Assembly: GCA_919902105.1 (NCBI GenBank)
Contig: CAKKQO010000035.1
Location: 67,547 to 131,546, forward strand
Length of the DNA stretch: 64,000 nucleotides
Direction of reading: 5' to 3'
DNA from: Omnitrophica bacterium GWA2_41_15
GTDB lineage: Bacteria; Omnitrophota; Gorgyraeia; Ghiorseimicrobiales; Ghiorseimicrobiaceae
Below, in pieces: positions 46,475 through 55,265 of the stretch. The notes under the pieces are model-generated. The model searched no databases, was not told the origin of the DNA, and was given only the letters and a program-made list of their open reading frames with translations. Both the position numbers and the translations under genes were made by a program. Numbering within the stretch: position 1 is the first letter of the stretch; each line of letters opens with the position of its first letter.

Positions 46475-47584
46475 ATGATGAACAGATCTATTAGAAGGGC
46501 GAATATACTTACCAAATTAGTATCAAAAATTTTATATGCTAAGTTAACACGGCAGAGATGCCCGATTTTTATGGGGCTATATATTACGAATAGGTGTAAT
46601 CTTCGATGTTCTTATTGCTTTGTTAACGTTGACAATCGCATGGACAATCCTTGTAGAAGGGGATTTACCAAAGATGAGATTTTTAAGCAAGTAGATGAAT
46701 TGTATGCGATGGGCATGCGATGGGTATTTATGTTGGGTGGAGAGCCGCTGGAACATGAAAATATTGGAGAGATAGTGAAATATATAACTGATAAGGGGAT
46801 ACTCCTTCATCTTCTTACTAATGGAACGCTGATTGAGCAAAAAATAGACGCAATTGAAGCAGCTGACGGGGTTTGCGTTAGTATAGATGGAGGGGAAGAA
46901 GCTACTGATAAGTTGAGGGGGAAAGGTGTTTTTCGCCGCGCGCTTAGGGGAGCAGAGATTGCGTTGTCTAGAGGTATGAATACCAGAATCCATGCTGTCC
47001 TTAATAAATACAGTTTTAATGATATGGAAATGCTTGCTAATATAGCAAGGGAAAAGGGCTTGACCATTACTCTTTCGCCTATAAATGATGCTGAGTGCAA
47101 AAATGATCCTAATAGTGAATTTGTAATGACAGATGAAGAATATAGAAATTTTTATATACAATACCGCAAACTTAAAGAAAAGGGCTATCCAATCGCAAAT
47201 TCTTATTATGCTATTGATAAGGTGATCAATTGGCCTATTGGGTATCATGAGCGCATTGCCCCTGAACAGAGCTTTCACGGTTATAAAGTCATCCCCTGTG
47301 TTATGGCAGAAACACATGCCTGCATTGATGCTGAAGGAGCAATGTTTACTTGTATTCAACAATTTATGGACGGGCTAAACATTAAAGAAGTGGGTATCAA
47401 AGAAGCATGGGATTATTTGCCCAATAAGCGTAAAAGATGTAATAGCTGCGCTTCAATGAATACTATTGAGACCGCGGCATATCTAAGGTTACGCCCTGAA
47501 ATTATCATGGAAGGGATAAAATTCTTTTTTGGGCGCAGGAAAAGCATAAGTAATGAAAAGCTCTGCCAAAAGTTACATAAGTAA
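46475..47584 (+). CDS. Radical SAM enzyme with SPASM-like C-terminal domain (type I; paralog of 26985)
   Basis: NRCNLRCSYCF, GGEPLEHENI, SIDGGEEATDKLRGKGV; C-terminal PCVMAETHACIDAEGAMFTC...CNSCAS. The ATG at 46475 is preferred over the track start 46400, which overlaps the GT2 gene. Confidence 0.8.
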   Translation: MMNRSIRRANILTKLVSKILYAKLTRQRCPIFMGLYITNRCNLRCSYCFVNVDNRMDNPCRRGFTKDEIFKQVDELYAMGMRWVFMLGGEPLEHENIGEIVKYITDKGILLHLLTNGTLIEQKIDAIEAADGVCVSIDGGEEATDKLRGKGVFRRALRGAEIALSRGMNTRIHAVLNKYSFNDMEMLANIAREKGLTITLSPINDAECKNDPNSEFVMTDEEYRNFYIQYRKLKEKGYPIANSYYAIDKVINWPIGYHERIAPEQSFHGYKVIPCVMAETHACIDAEGAMFTCIQQFMDGLNIKEVGIKEAWDYLPNKRKRCNSCASMNTIETAAYLRLRPEIIMEGIKFFFGRRKSISNEKLCQKLHK

Positions 47585-48316
47585 ATGTTAAAAAATCAAG
47601 ATATTAATTCCGCTTTTGATCAAGATGTTGAGCGTTTTGGATCCTATCAATATACAAAAGGAACACGCTATAGTACTATCATTGCGAACGAACGTTATAC
47701 GCAGATGATATTATCATCTGTTGATTTTACCGGAAAATCGGTTGTTGATATTGGCTCCGGGGATGGCACTTATACCGCTCATTTGGCCAAACGGTCTAAT
47801 GCCGCGTCTATTTTAGGCATTGAGCCGGCGCCTAAGGCTGTTGAGCGGGCGCGAGCTGTTTACGGTAATATATTTTCCAATTTGAATTTTGTTTGCGGAT
47901 ACCCCGATATATTAATAAAACAGAAAAAGAGGTTTGATATTGCTGTATATAGAGGAGTAATTCATCATATGGCCAGTCCTCGTGATGAGCTTTCAAAAGC
48001 GTTTTTATTAGCGGATACTTTGATTGTTTTAGAGCCAAATGGGCTTAATCCGCTTATGAAAATAGTTGAAAAGCTATCAAGTTATCACAAACAGCATCAG
48101 GAACGATCATTTTTGCATTATTCAATAAGCAGATGGATTACCGAGGGGGGCGGGGTAATAAAAAAAATATGTTTTTTTGGTATGGTGCCGTATTTTTGTC
48201 CTTATATCATTGCGATAGCAGGCAAATTTATAGAGCCATTTGTTGAATCGCTTCCTGTGTTACGTTCTATCTGTTGCGGGCAGTATCTCGTTGTCGCGAC
48301 AAGGGGAGGGGGATAA
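47585..48316 (+). CDS. Class I SAM methyltransferase
   Basis: 243 aa. VVDIGSGDGTY motif I and VIHHMA. Confidence 0.7.
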   Translation: MLKNQDINSAFDQDVERFGSYQYTKGTRYSTIIANERYTQMILSSVDFTGKSVVDIGSGDGTYTAHLAKRSNAASILGIEPAPKAVERARAVYGNIFSNLNFVCGYPDILIKQKKRFDIAVYRGVIHHMASPRDELSKAFLLADTLIVLEPNGLNPLMKIVEKLSSYHKQHQERSFLHYSISRWITEGGGVIKKICFFGMVPYFCPYIIAIAGKFIEPFVESLPVLRSICCGQYLVVATRGGG

Positions 48317-48320
48317 AAAA

Positions 48321-49121
48321 TTGTTTAAGGGTATTTGTGTAATAATTGGCTGTTCACGAGGGCTTGGCGCCGCATTAGTGGATGAGTTGATTAATGATGG
48401 GTGTCCTATGGTTATCGGTGTGGCTCGAACCAAATTAGAAGATATAGAACAGGGGAAAGAGTGGTTAGCCTCTAATCGCTATAAACATGTGATTGCTGAT
48501 ATTGGAGCTGAAAGTTCTGTTAATATTTTAACGAAGATATCTTTAGAATTACCTATGGAGCCGTTACTCATAATATTTAATGCCGCTTGTCTTACTTCTG
48601 ATGTTACAGCCGATAAAAGAATTAATTATGATGTTTTTAAAAAAGTCAATCGCGTTGGAGTTGATGGATTAGGTTATGTTCTTCAGTCATTTGAGGAGCA
48701 TTTATGCTTTTATGGAGGGATTTTTGTTGGAATATCTTCTACCAATGCGATTAAGCCCCCTGTTTTTGAATATAGATTGGCATATGGAGCTTCTAAGGCA
48801 TATCTTGATATGGCATTGCGAAATCTTTCTTTTTTATGGCCGCCTAAAATAAAGGTTATTAATTTTCATTTGGGGCATATAGGCGGAGGCCATGACCTTG
48901 GTTATTTACCTGTTTTCCTAAAAGCGACTTACAATTCGGCCGCAAAAAAAATTATTAGAGAAGTATCTCGTCAAAGAGTTCCTTCAGAAGTTACCTATCC
49001 AGTTATCTATCGGATAGCATACCAGTATATTTTAAAAATTATCCCCGATTCAGTTTATATCAATTGCAGCAAGTTTTTTTGTTTTTTGTTAAAGAGAGGC
49101 GCAAATAATAAGAACCGCTAA
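48321..49121 (+). CDS. Short-chain dehydrogenase/reductase (classical SDR)
   Basis: VIIGCSRGLGAAL (TGxxxGxG-like) and YGASKAYLD (YxxxK). In-frame TTG at 48321, preceded by AAGGGGAGGGGG, is chosen over the track start 48240, which overlaps the upstream gene. Confidence 0.7.
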   Translation: MFKGICVIIGCSRGLGAALVDELINDGCPMVIGVARTKLEDIEQGKEWLASNRYKHVIADIGAESSVNILTKISLELPMEPLLIIFNAACLTSDVTADKRINYDVFKKVNRVGVDGLGYVLQSFEEHLCFYGGIFVGISSTNAIKPPVFEYRLAYGASKAYLDMALRNLSFLWPPKIKVINFHLGHIGGGHDLGYLPVFLKATYNSAAKKIIREVSRQRVPSEVTYPVIYRIAYQYILKIIPDSVYINCSKFFCFLLKRGANNKNR

Positions 49122-49135
49122 CATCATAATGTCCA

Positions 49136-50584
49136 ATGAATTTAACGGATATTTTTAAATCTCAAAATAATCATATTCAAATTTTATTGATATTATCCAT
49201 AACAATAGGATTGATATATTGTTTATTTTTTCCTTCCGGCAAAATAGACGGGGATGAATTTGAGTATAATATTATAGCAAAAAATTTAGCAGAACATAAT
49301 GCCTTCTCTATGGCAGAATATCCTCCTTTTGATCCAACCAATAAGCGCGAACCTCTTTATCCATTTTTTTTATCTTTGATTTATAGGGTTTTTAGAGGCT
49401 CATTTTTTGCTGTAATGATTGCTCAAGCATTTATTTTTTCATTAACAGTCATTTTTATTTATTCATTTATTTCAAAAATAGCTGATAATAAGTCCGCGTT
49501 TTATTCATCCATATTCGTAACGGTTTGTCCGCCATTGGCAAATTATACATCCTATATTTTATCGGAAGCCCTCTTCATTTTCCTGCTGGTAGTTTTTGTA
49601 TATATATCCACTATGATGAGAGCTCATCAGACGAATAAATTATTTGTTGCCAGCGGTGTTATGTTGGGATTATTAACATTATGCAAGGCGCATATGTTAT
49701 ATTTTTTCCCTTTCTTAATCTTATGTATTATCATTTCAAAATGGGGAAAAAATATTATTCTTCCTATTCTCCTTGTCACGGTTGCTTTTTTAATTACCCT
49801 GGCGCCATGGTTAGGCAGGAATTATTATTTATTCAATACATGGAAGATAACATCGCAAAGAGCGGGTATGACGCTAAATGTTAGGGCAATGAAGGCTTCT
49901 TATAACGGGAATGATTATAAAAATGCGGCAATCTATTATTTTTCTGAGGAATTGGGAAAGATCATCTATCCTGATGCGATTATTAAAAGTGAGGCTTTTA
50001 TGAGCCAGTTCAACGTTGTTGTTGAAGGAAGAGAAGATGAAAAATATTGGAGAGATTATATAAAGGAAAAAAATTTTACTCTTAGAGAAGGCGCAATCAT
50101 AGACCTTAAAACGCAAAAGTTTACGAGAGATGGATTGTCGGAGGTTGAGATAGATAAAATACTCACCACTGAAGCCTTGCAGAAAATTAAAGCCCATCCC
50201 TTTAAATATCTGCTGCAAACCCCTTTTGAGTTAATAAAAATGACTACTTTCACATACCTGCCTTTATTAAATGAAGAATATGTGAGTTCACGAATAAATG
50301 CTGCTAATAAAAGTTTAGTTTTTTTAATAAGAAGCATAATCCGTTTAATCGCTTATCCAATTTTAGCGTTAGCTATTTATGGTATATATCGATATCGCGA
50401 TAGATGGAGAGAATTTTTGCCGATCCTATTTATTATTATATTTTTTAATTTATTCTATGGCTTAACGTTTGGTTATGCTCCCTACGCTCTTCCTCTTATG
50501 CCATTTTATATTATGTTTGCAACCATGGGATGGTTTAAATTAAGGGAGCGTAAGAATATTATCTCAGTTCAACAAAATTTGTGA
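49136..50584 (+). CDS. GT-C fold membrane glycosyltransferase (ArnT/PMT_2-like) #2
   Basis: 482 aa, polytopic. First-loop acidic motif DGDEFEY; REPLYPFFLSLIYRVF...FIYSFISKIADNKSAFYSSIFVTVCPPL is ArnT-like. Confidence 0.7.
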   Translation: MNLTDIFKSQNNHIQILLILSITIGLIYCLFFPSGKIDGDEFEYNIIAKNLAEHNAFSMAEYPPFDPTNKREPLYPFFLSLIYRVFRGSFFAVMIAQAFIFSLTVIFIYSFISKIADNKSAFYSSIFVTVCPPLANYTSYILSEALFIFLLVVFVYISTMMRAHQTNKLFVASGVMLGLLTLCKAHMLYFFPFLILCIIISKWGKNIILPILLVTVAFLITLAPWLGRNYYLFNTWKITSQRAGMTLNVRAMKASYNGNDYKNAAIYYFSEELGKIIYPDAIIKSEAFMSQFNVVVEGREDEKYWRDYIKEKNFTLREGAIIDLKTQKFTRDGLSEVEIDKILTTEALQKIKAHPFKYLLQTPFELIKMTTFTYLPLLNEEYVSSRINAANKSLVFLIRSIIRLIAYPILALAIYGIYRYRDRWREFLPILFIIIFFNLFYGLTFGYAPYALPLMPFYIMFATMGWFKLRERKNIISVQQNL

Positions 50585-51414
50585 GTTATATGATTGCACT
50601 TTATATTTTGATTTTGTTAGTTTTTTTATATTCTTTATTTATTGAGCCTCGCCATATCCTAATAAAAGAAGTATCTATTGCGGTTGATAATATTCATAAT
50701 GGCTTAGATAAAATTAAGATCATTCATATTACAGACCTGCATATTAAAAAGCTGGGTTATTTAGAAAGAAAGGTCGTAGATAGGATTAATCAGCTATCGC
50801 CTGATATATTGTTTGTTACCGGCGACTTCATCAAGAATGATGCTGGAATAAAACATTGCGCTGAAATGTTTAAAAATATAAATGCGAAGTATGGAATATA
50901 TGGAGTATTGGGGAATAATGATTATAGAAAGTTTTATATATTTCCTATAAATACTGCTGAATTAAAAAGGTCTCTTGCGGACAGTGGCGTAAAGTTACTG
51001 TTCAATGAAAGCTATACTATTAATATAGATGGAACTAATATCAACATATTTGGGGTTGAGGATTCGATTTATGGTAGTCTTGATATATCAAGATTGAGGG
51101 ATAGTGTTTTAAATAAGCATATAAACATTCTCCTTTCTCATTCTCCAGCTATCCTTAGAAATCTCAATGGTTTTAGTCCAGATTTGATTTTGACAGGGCA
51201 TACACACGGCGGCCAGGTGAGAGTTCCACTCATAGAATATTTATGGGCCCCTCTTCCCATAGGTTCTCCTCGGAAATATTGCAGAGGTTTATTTAAATTA
51301 TCAAATAAAACGAAGATTTATGTCAATCAAGGCATTGGGACGAGTTTATTGCCTGTTAGATTTTTATGTCCGCCGGAGATTTCTGTGATTAAATTAGGAA
51401 ATAATTCTCTATGA
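50581..51414 (+). CDS. Membrane-anchored calcineurin-like metallophosphoesterase
   Basis: 277 aa. N-terminal TM helix, then ITDLHI, TGDF, GNNDY, LSHSP and TGHTHGGQV motifs. Confidence 0.8.
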   Translation: MSYMIALYILILLVFLYSLFIEPRHILIKEVSIAVDNIHNGLDKIKIIHITDLHIKKLGYLERKVVDRINQLSPDILFVTGDFIKNDAGIKHCAEMFKNINAKYGIYGVLGNNDYRKFYIFPINTAELKRSLADSGVKLLFNESYTINIDGTNINIFGVEDSIYGSLDISRLRDSVLNKHINILLSHSPAILRNLNGFSPDLILTGHTHGGQVRVPLIEYLWAPLPIGSPRKYCRGLFKLSNKTKIYVNQGIGTSLLPVRFLCPPEISVIKLGNNSL

Positions 51415-52388
51415 TAGATGATTTGGAGAAAAGAAAAATGTTATTAAGCAAATATCCACTTCTTTTAATATATCGTTTGATTAGCGGTATATTTAGCTAT
51501 GATAGCAGAATAGCAAGAAGGCTTCCAAATTATTTTCCTGCATATCGGTCTTTCGGTGTGGAATTCTTAAATCAATTTCTACGATTAATCCACTCTCCTA
51601 AATCATTTTTGCCTCAAGGTATAGTAATTGAACCAACAAGCTATTGCAACCTTAGATGTAAACATTGCATTCCTCAGGCAATTAATGAAGATAGGGGTTA
51701 CATAGATTATGAACTTTACAAATACATACTTGACGATAATCCTCAGTTAACATGTTTAATACTTGCCAGAAATGGCGAACCCTTTCTTCACCCCAGAATC
51801 TTTGATTTGATCTCTTTAGCTAAAAGTAAGAATATTTATGTTTCGTTATATACGAATGGTATATTGGTGTCTGATGAAAAAGCCAATCGAATATTATCAA
51901 CAGGTTTAGATGAAATAAATTTTTCTATGGAGGATATAGAAAATGGGTATGAAAAAAATAGAGGCATTTCATATCATAAATTAAAACACAACATGGGACT
52001 TCTCATAAAAAAAAGGAATCAGATAAGGTCTTCATTAAAAATTGGAATCAATATTGCTGTTATTGAAAAGGATGACTATGCCGTAAGAGCAATACAAAAA
52101 GAATGGGATAGTCAAGTTGACCATATTGATGTTGAGCCGCTAATGGGTGAAAAGATATCGTTGAGAACAAAAAGCTGTCATACTCTGTGGAGGAATTTAG
52201 TTGTCCGGTGGAATGGAATTGTACTCCCCTGTTGTATTGATATGAATAGCACTCTTGTTATGGGAGATATTAAAAATAATTCACTTAAGGAAATTTTTAA
52301 TAGTTCAAATGCTAAAGCAATAAGGGAAAGCCATATAAAAAATAAATTTCCACCAGTATGTAAATATTGCGATGAATTTTTTGGGTGA
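51411..52388 (+). CDS. Radical SAM enzyme with SPASM-like C-terminal domain (type II; paralog of 34937)
   Basis: 325 aa. SYCNLRCKHCIP; C-terminal SCHTLWRNLVVRWNGIVLPCCIDMN...PPVCKYCDEFFG. Confidence 0.8.
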   Translation: MIDDLEKRKMLLSKYPLLLIYRLISGIFSYDSRIARRLPNYFPAYRSFGVEFLNQFLRLIHSPKSFLPQGIVIEPTSYCNLRCKHCIPQAINEDRGYIDYELYKYILDDNPQLTCLILARNGEPFLHPRIFDLISLAKSKNIYVSLYTNGILVSDEKANRILSTGLDEINFSMEDIENGYEKNRGISYHKLKHNMGLLIKKRNQIRSSLKIGINIAVIEKDDYAVRAIQKEWDSQVDHIDVEPLMGEKISLRTKSCHTLWRNLVVRWNGIVLPCCIDMNSTLVMGDIKNNSLKEIFNSSNAKAIRESHIKNKFPPVCKYCDEFFG

Positions 52389-52411
52389 TAGAACGGTTAA
52401 TTTAATCTATA

Positions 52412-53047
52412 ATGAACAGGTTTGATGGTATGGCTAAGAAAATTATCACATTTCTATCAGTTTATATATATAACTTTTTAAGATATATATTAGAAAATGG
52501 CTTTAAAAAGCAGGAACAAATTATACAAAATATATTGTTAAATAATAATCATATTGAACCAAAAATATTAGATGTGGGGTGTGGTACCGGAACTTACGCT
52601 AGTTTTTTTAAGGCAAACAATTATTTTGGCATAGAGATCGATCCAGCCTATATTAAATATGCAAAGCAACATAAGAACGGAAACTTCCTATGCGCAAATG
52701 CGCGTTATATGCCATTTAAAAGTAATACATTTGGCGCGGTATATGTTATCGCAATATTTCATCATCTATCCGCGTCTCATATAACCGATATTTTAAAGGA
52801 GCTTAAAAGAATCACTTTACCAAGGGGATTAATTCTGATTATGGACCAAAGCAATATAAAAATTAATCTTGGAGTAGATTGGTTGTTCCAGATAATCCGT
52901 TATTTTGATAAAGGAAAATTTATTCGAAAACCAAAAGAAAATCTGGATATTGTATCCATGGAACCCGATCTTACCATTACAGATGAATGGACATTTAGAA
53001 GCGGCCTGATTACCTATCAGGCGATGTTTATAAAAAAAGATGGTTGA
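52412..53047 (+). CDS. Class I SAM methyltransferase
   Basis: 211 aa. ILDVGCGTGTY motif I and IFHHLS. Confidence 0.75.
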   Translation: MNRFDGMAKKIITFLSVYIYNFLRYILENGFKKQEQIIQNILLNNNHIEPKILDVGCGTGTYASFFKANNYFGIEIDPAYIKYAKQHKNGNFLCANARYMPFKSNTFGAVYVIAIFHHLSASHITDILKELKRITLPRGLILIMDQSNIKINLGVDWLFQIIRYFDKGKFIRKPKENLDIVSMEPDLTITDEWTFRSGLITYQAMFIKKDG

Positions 53048-53783
53048 TTCTAAACTTTTAAAAATCCCCGATTATTCTATAGTGATTTTGTGTTATCAGG
53101 CAGAAGAATATTGTAGAGTATTTGTTGCCGAAGTTATTGAGAATATTAGCAAGTTGAATATAGATTATGAACTTATTTTGGTAGCAAACTATTGGGAAAA
53201 TTCAAATGATCAAACGCCGCGGATAGCACAAGAATTGAGAAATGATAATGAATATATTAAGGTGGTAGCGCTTGCTAAAAAGGGCGGCATGAGTTGGGAT
53301 ATGATAAGCGGTTTAAAGGCATGTACTGGGAGAGTAATTGCAGTTATCGATGGGGATGGGCAGATGCCAGCTTATGATTTGGTTCGTGTCTATAAAAAGT
53401 TAAAAGATGAAAACTTGGATTTTGTTAAGACATATAGAACAAAAAGAGAAGATAATTGCTATAGAAACTCCATATCAGTAGTATACAATTTTATATTTAG
53501 AATATTATTTCCAGGCCTATCAGTTCGTGATGTAAATTCTAAACCTAAAATATTTACAAGGGAGGTATATCAAAAATTAAATTTAACTTCATCTGGTTGG
53601 TTTGTTGATGCTGAAATAATGATTCAAGTCAGAAGATTGCATTTAAAAATAGGAGAAATTTCAACATTTTTTAAGCTTAATACGCGGTCATCTTATGTTA
53701 AATTTGAAGCTATATGGGAGTTTATAAAAAATCTTATTAAAGTAAGAATTTGTGAATTCAAAACAGACAAAAAGGTAAAATGA
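53040..53783 (+). CDS. GT2 glycosyltransferase (DPM1/GtrB-like catalytic domain, no C-terminal TM)
   Basis: 247 aa. YSIVILCYQAEE and IDGDGQMP motifs. Confidence 0.8.
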   Translation: MVDSKLLKIPDYSIVILCYQAEEYCRVFVAEVIENISKLNIDYELILVANYWENSNDQTPRIAQELRNDNEYIKVVALAKKGGMSWDMISGLKACTGRVIAVIDGDGQMPAYDLVRVYKKLKDENLDFVKTYRTKREDNCYRNSISVVYNFIFRILFPGLSVRDVNSKPKIFTREVYQKLNLTSSGWFVDAEIMIQVRRLHLKIGEISTFFKLNTRSSYVKFEAIWEFIKNLIKVRICEFKTDKKVK

Positions 53784-53808
53784 ATATATTGCTGACAAGA
53801 GCATGTTT

Positions 53809-55254
53809 ATGAAAATACTTTATGTCGTTAAAGATATGTCATATATTGAATTGCATGGCATTATGCAGCTTTCTGCCCTTTCAAAACAAAGGGGGCATAA
53901 GAGTTGTTTAGGGATAATTAATGAACATGATATATTAAAGGTGATTGAAAAGGAAAATCCAGATATTGTAGCATTTAGCATGCTTACTTTAGATGCGAGT
54001 TCATTTGAGAATTTGGCAAGAGATATTAAAAATAAACATAAAAATCTTACTATAATAGCGGGAGGGCCGCATGCAACCTTCAATCCTGAGATTGTAGATA
54101 CTTGGGAGGTTGATGCAATAATTTGTGGAGAAGGCGATGATGCTTTTGTAGATTTTTTAAATGCAGCTGAAGGAGGACATGATTATTCAGATATTAAAAA
54201 TTTACATACAAAGGCAAAAAAGAATCCATTACGCCCATTAATAGATAGCTTAGACAAACTTCCATTTCCTGATAGAGAATTAGTTTATTTTGAGGGCGGA
54301 CATTTACTTAATCTGAATGTTAGAACATTTATGACATCAAGAGGATGCGCCTATAGGTGCACATACTGTTTTAATAATAAATATAATATGCTATATCGCA
54401 ATAAGGGCAAAATTTTCAGAAAACGCTCTGTTGATAATGTTATTGAAGAAATCTTAAAAGTTAAAGAGAAATATCCTTTTGATTTTATTAGATTTGGAGA
54501 TGATAATTTTATATACGGAGTAGACAAATGGATGGAAGAATTTTCTGTAAAATATAAAAAAATGGTTAATCTGCCTTTTTATTGCCTAATAAGGCCAAAT
54601 CTAATTAATAATGAAGTGGTTAGGCTCTTGAGATCAACCGGATGTCATTCTATAGGCATGTCAATTGAGGCAGGTTCTGAGAGTATTAGGGAGAAGATAT
54701 TAAAGAGAGGAATGACAGATGAAGAGTTAATGAAAGCTTTTGACATCGTTCAAGGAAGCGGAATTAAGGTTTTTGCAAATAGTATAGCAGGAATTCCATT
54801 TGCAACGATTAAGGACGAAATGAAATCCATAGAATTAGCTATTAAATGCAAGCCCGCTTACCCCAATTTTACAATCTTTACCCCTTTTCCTGGTGTTGAA
54901 TTAAGTGATGTAGCTTACAAAAATAATTTAGTAAATGGTGACTTGCCTCAAAGAACAACCGATAGGTCAGTTTTGAATTGTTTTACGAAGAAAGAAAAAG
55001 ACATTCAAGAAAATATTGTTACCTTAGGCCCTCTGATTGTTAGATTTCCATTTTTAAAATTGTTTATTTTAAATCTTATAATGCACTTGCCACCGAATAG
55101 ATTATTTAGATATATTTGGGTTGTTAATAAAGGCTATTTAGGGAGTAAATATATCTGGCCTATTAAAATGGCTTTTTTATTAAAGATAAAATTGTTTTTA
55201 AAATCTTTTTTATTTGAAATACCAGAAAAACGTATTACTGAAACTCGCAGGTAG
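53809..55254 (+). CDS. Cobalamin-binding-domain (class B) radical SAM enzyme #6 (close paralog of 57037)
   Basis: MKILYVVKD... N-terminus parallels MKILFVLKE of 57037, so the ATG at 53809 is preferred over 53803. IAGGPHATF...IICGEGDDA; LPFPDREL; SRGCAYRCTYCFN. Confidence 0.85.
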   Translation: MKILYVVKDMSYIELHGIMQLSALSKQRGHKSCLGIINEHDILKVIEKENPDIVAFSMLTLDASSFENLARDIKNKHKNLTIIAGGPHATFNPEIVDTWEVDAIICGEGDDAFVDFLNAAEGGHDYSDIKNLHTKAKKNPLRPLIDSLDKLPFPDRELVYFEGGHLLNLNVRTFMTSRGCAYRCTYCFNNKYNMLYRNKGKIFRKRSVDNVIEEILKVKEKYPFDFIRFGDDNFIYGVDKWMEEFSVKYKKMVNLPFYCLIRPNLINNEVVRLLRSTGCHSIGMSIEAGSESIREKILKRGMTDEELMKAFDIVQGSGIKVFANSIAGIPFATIKDEMKSIELAIKCKPAYPNFTIFTPFPGVELSDVAYKNNLVNGDLPQRTTDRSVLNCFTKKEKDIQENIVTLGPLIVRFPFLKLFILNLIMHLPPNRLFRYIWVVNKGYLGSKYIWPIKMAFLLKIKLFLKSFLFEIPEKRITETRR

Positions 55255-55265
55255 GAGTATTAAAA

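Noticed and set aside
46577-47362. 261-aa minus-strand ORF in the track
   Set aside because: It lies entirely antisense to the well-supported SPASM radical SAM gene (46475-47584). The sequence is low-complexity and I/F/K/N-rich with no recognisable motifs. It is a typical shadow ORF in AT-rich DNA.
48240-48320. 77-nt overlap between the methyltransferase (47585-48316) and the SDR ORF, which could suggest a frameshift, fusion or pseudogene
   Set aside because: An in-frame TTG at 48321, preceded by the strong SD AAGGGGAGGGGG, gives a normal SDR N-terminus (KGICVIIGCSRGLG). The overlap is an artefact of longest-ORF calling.
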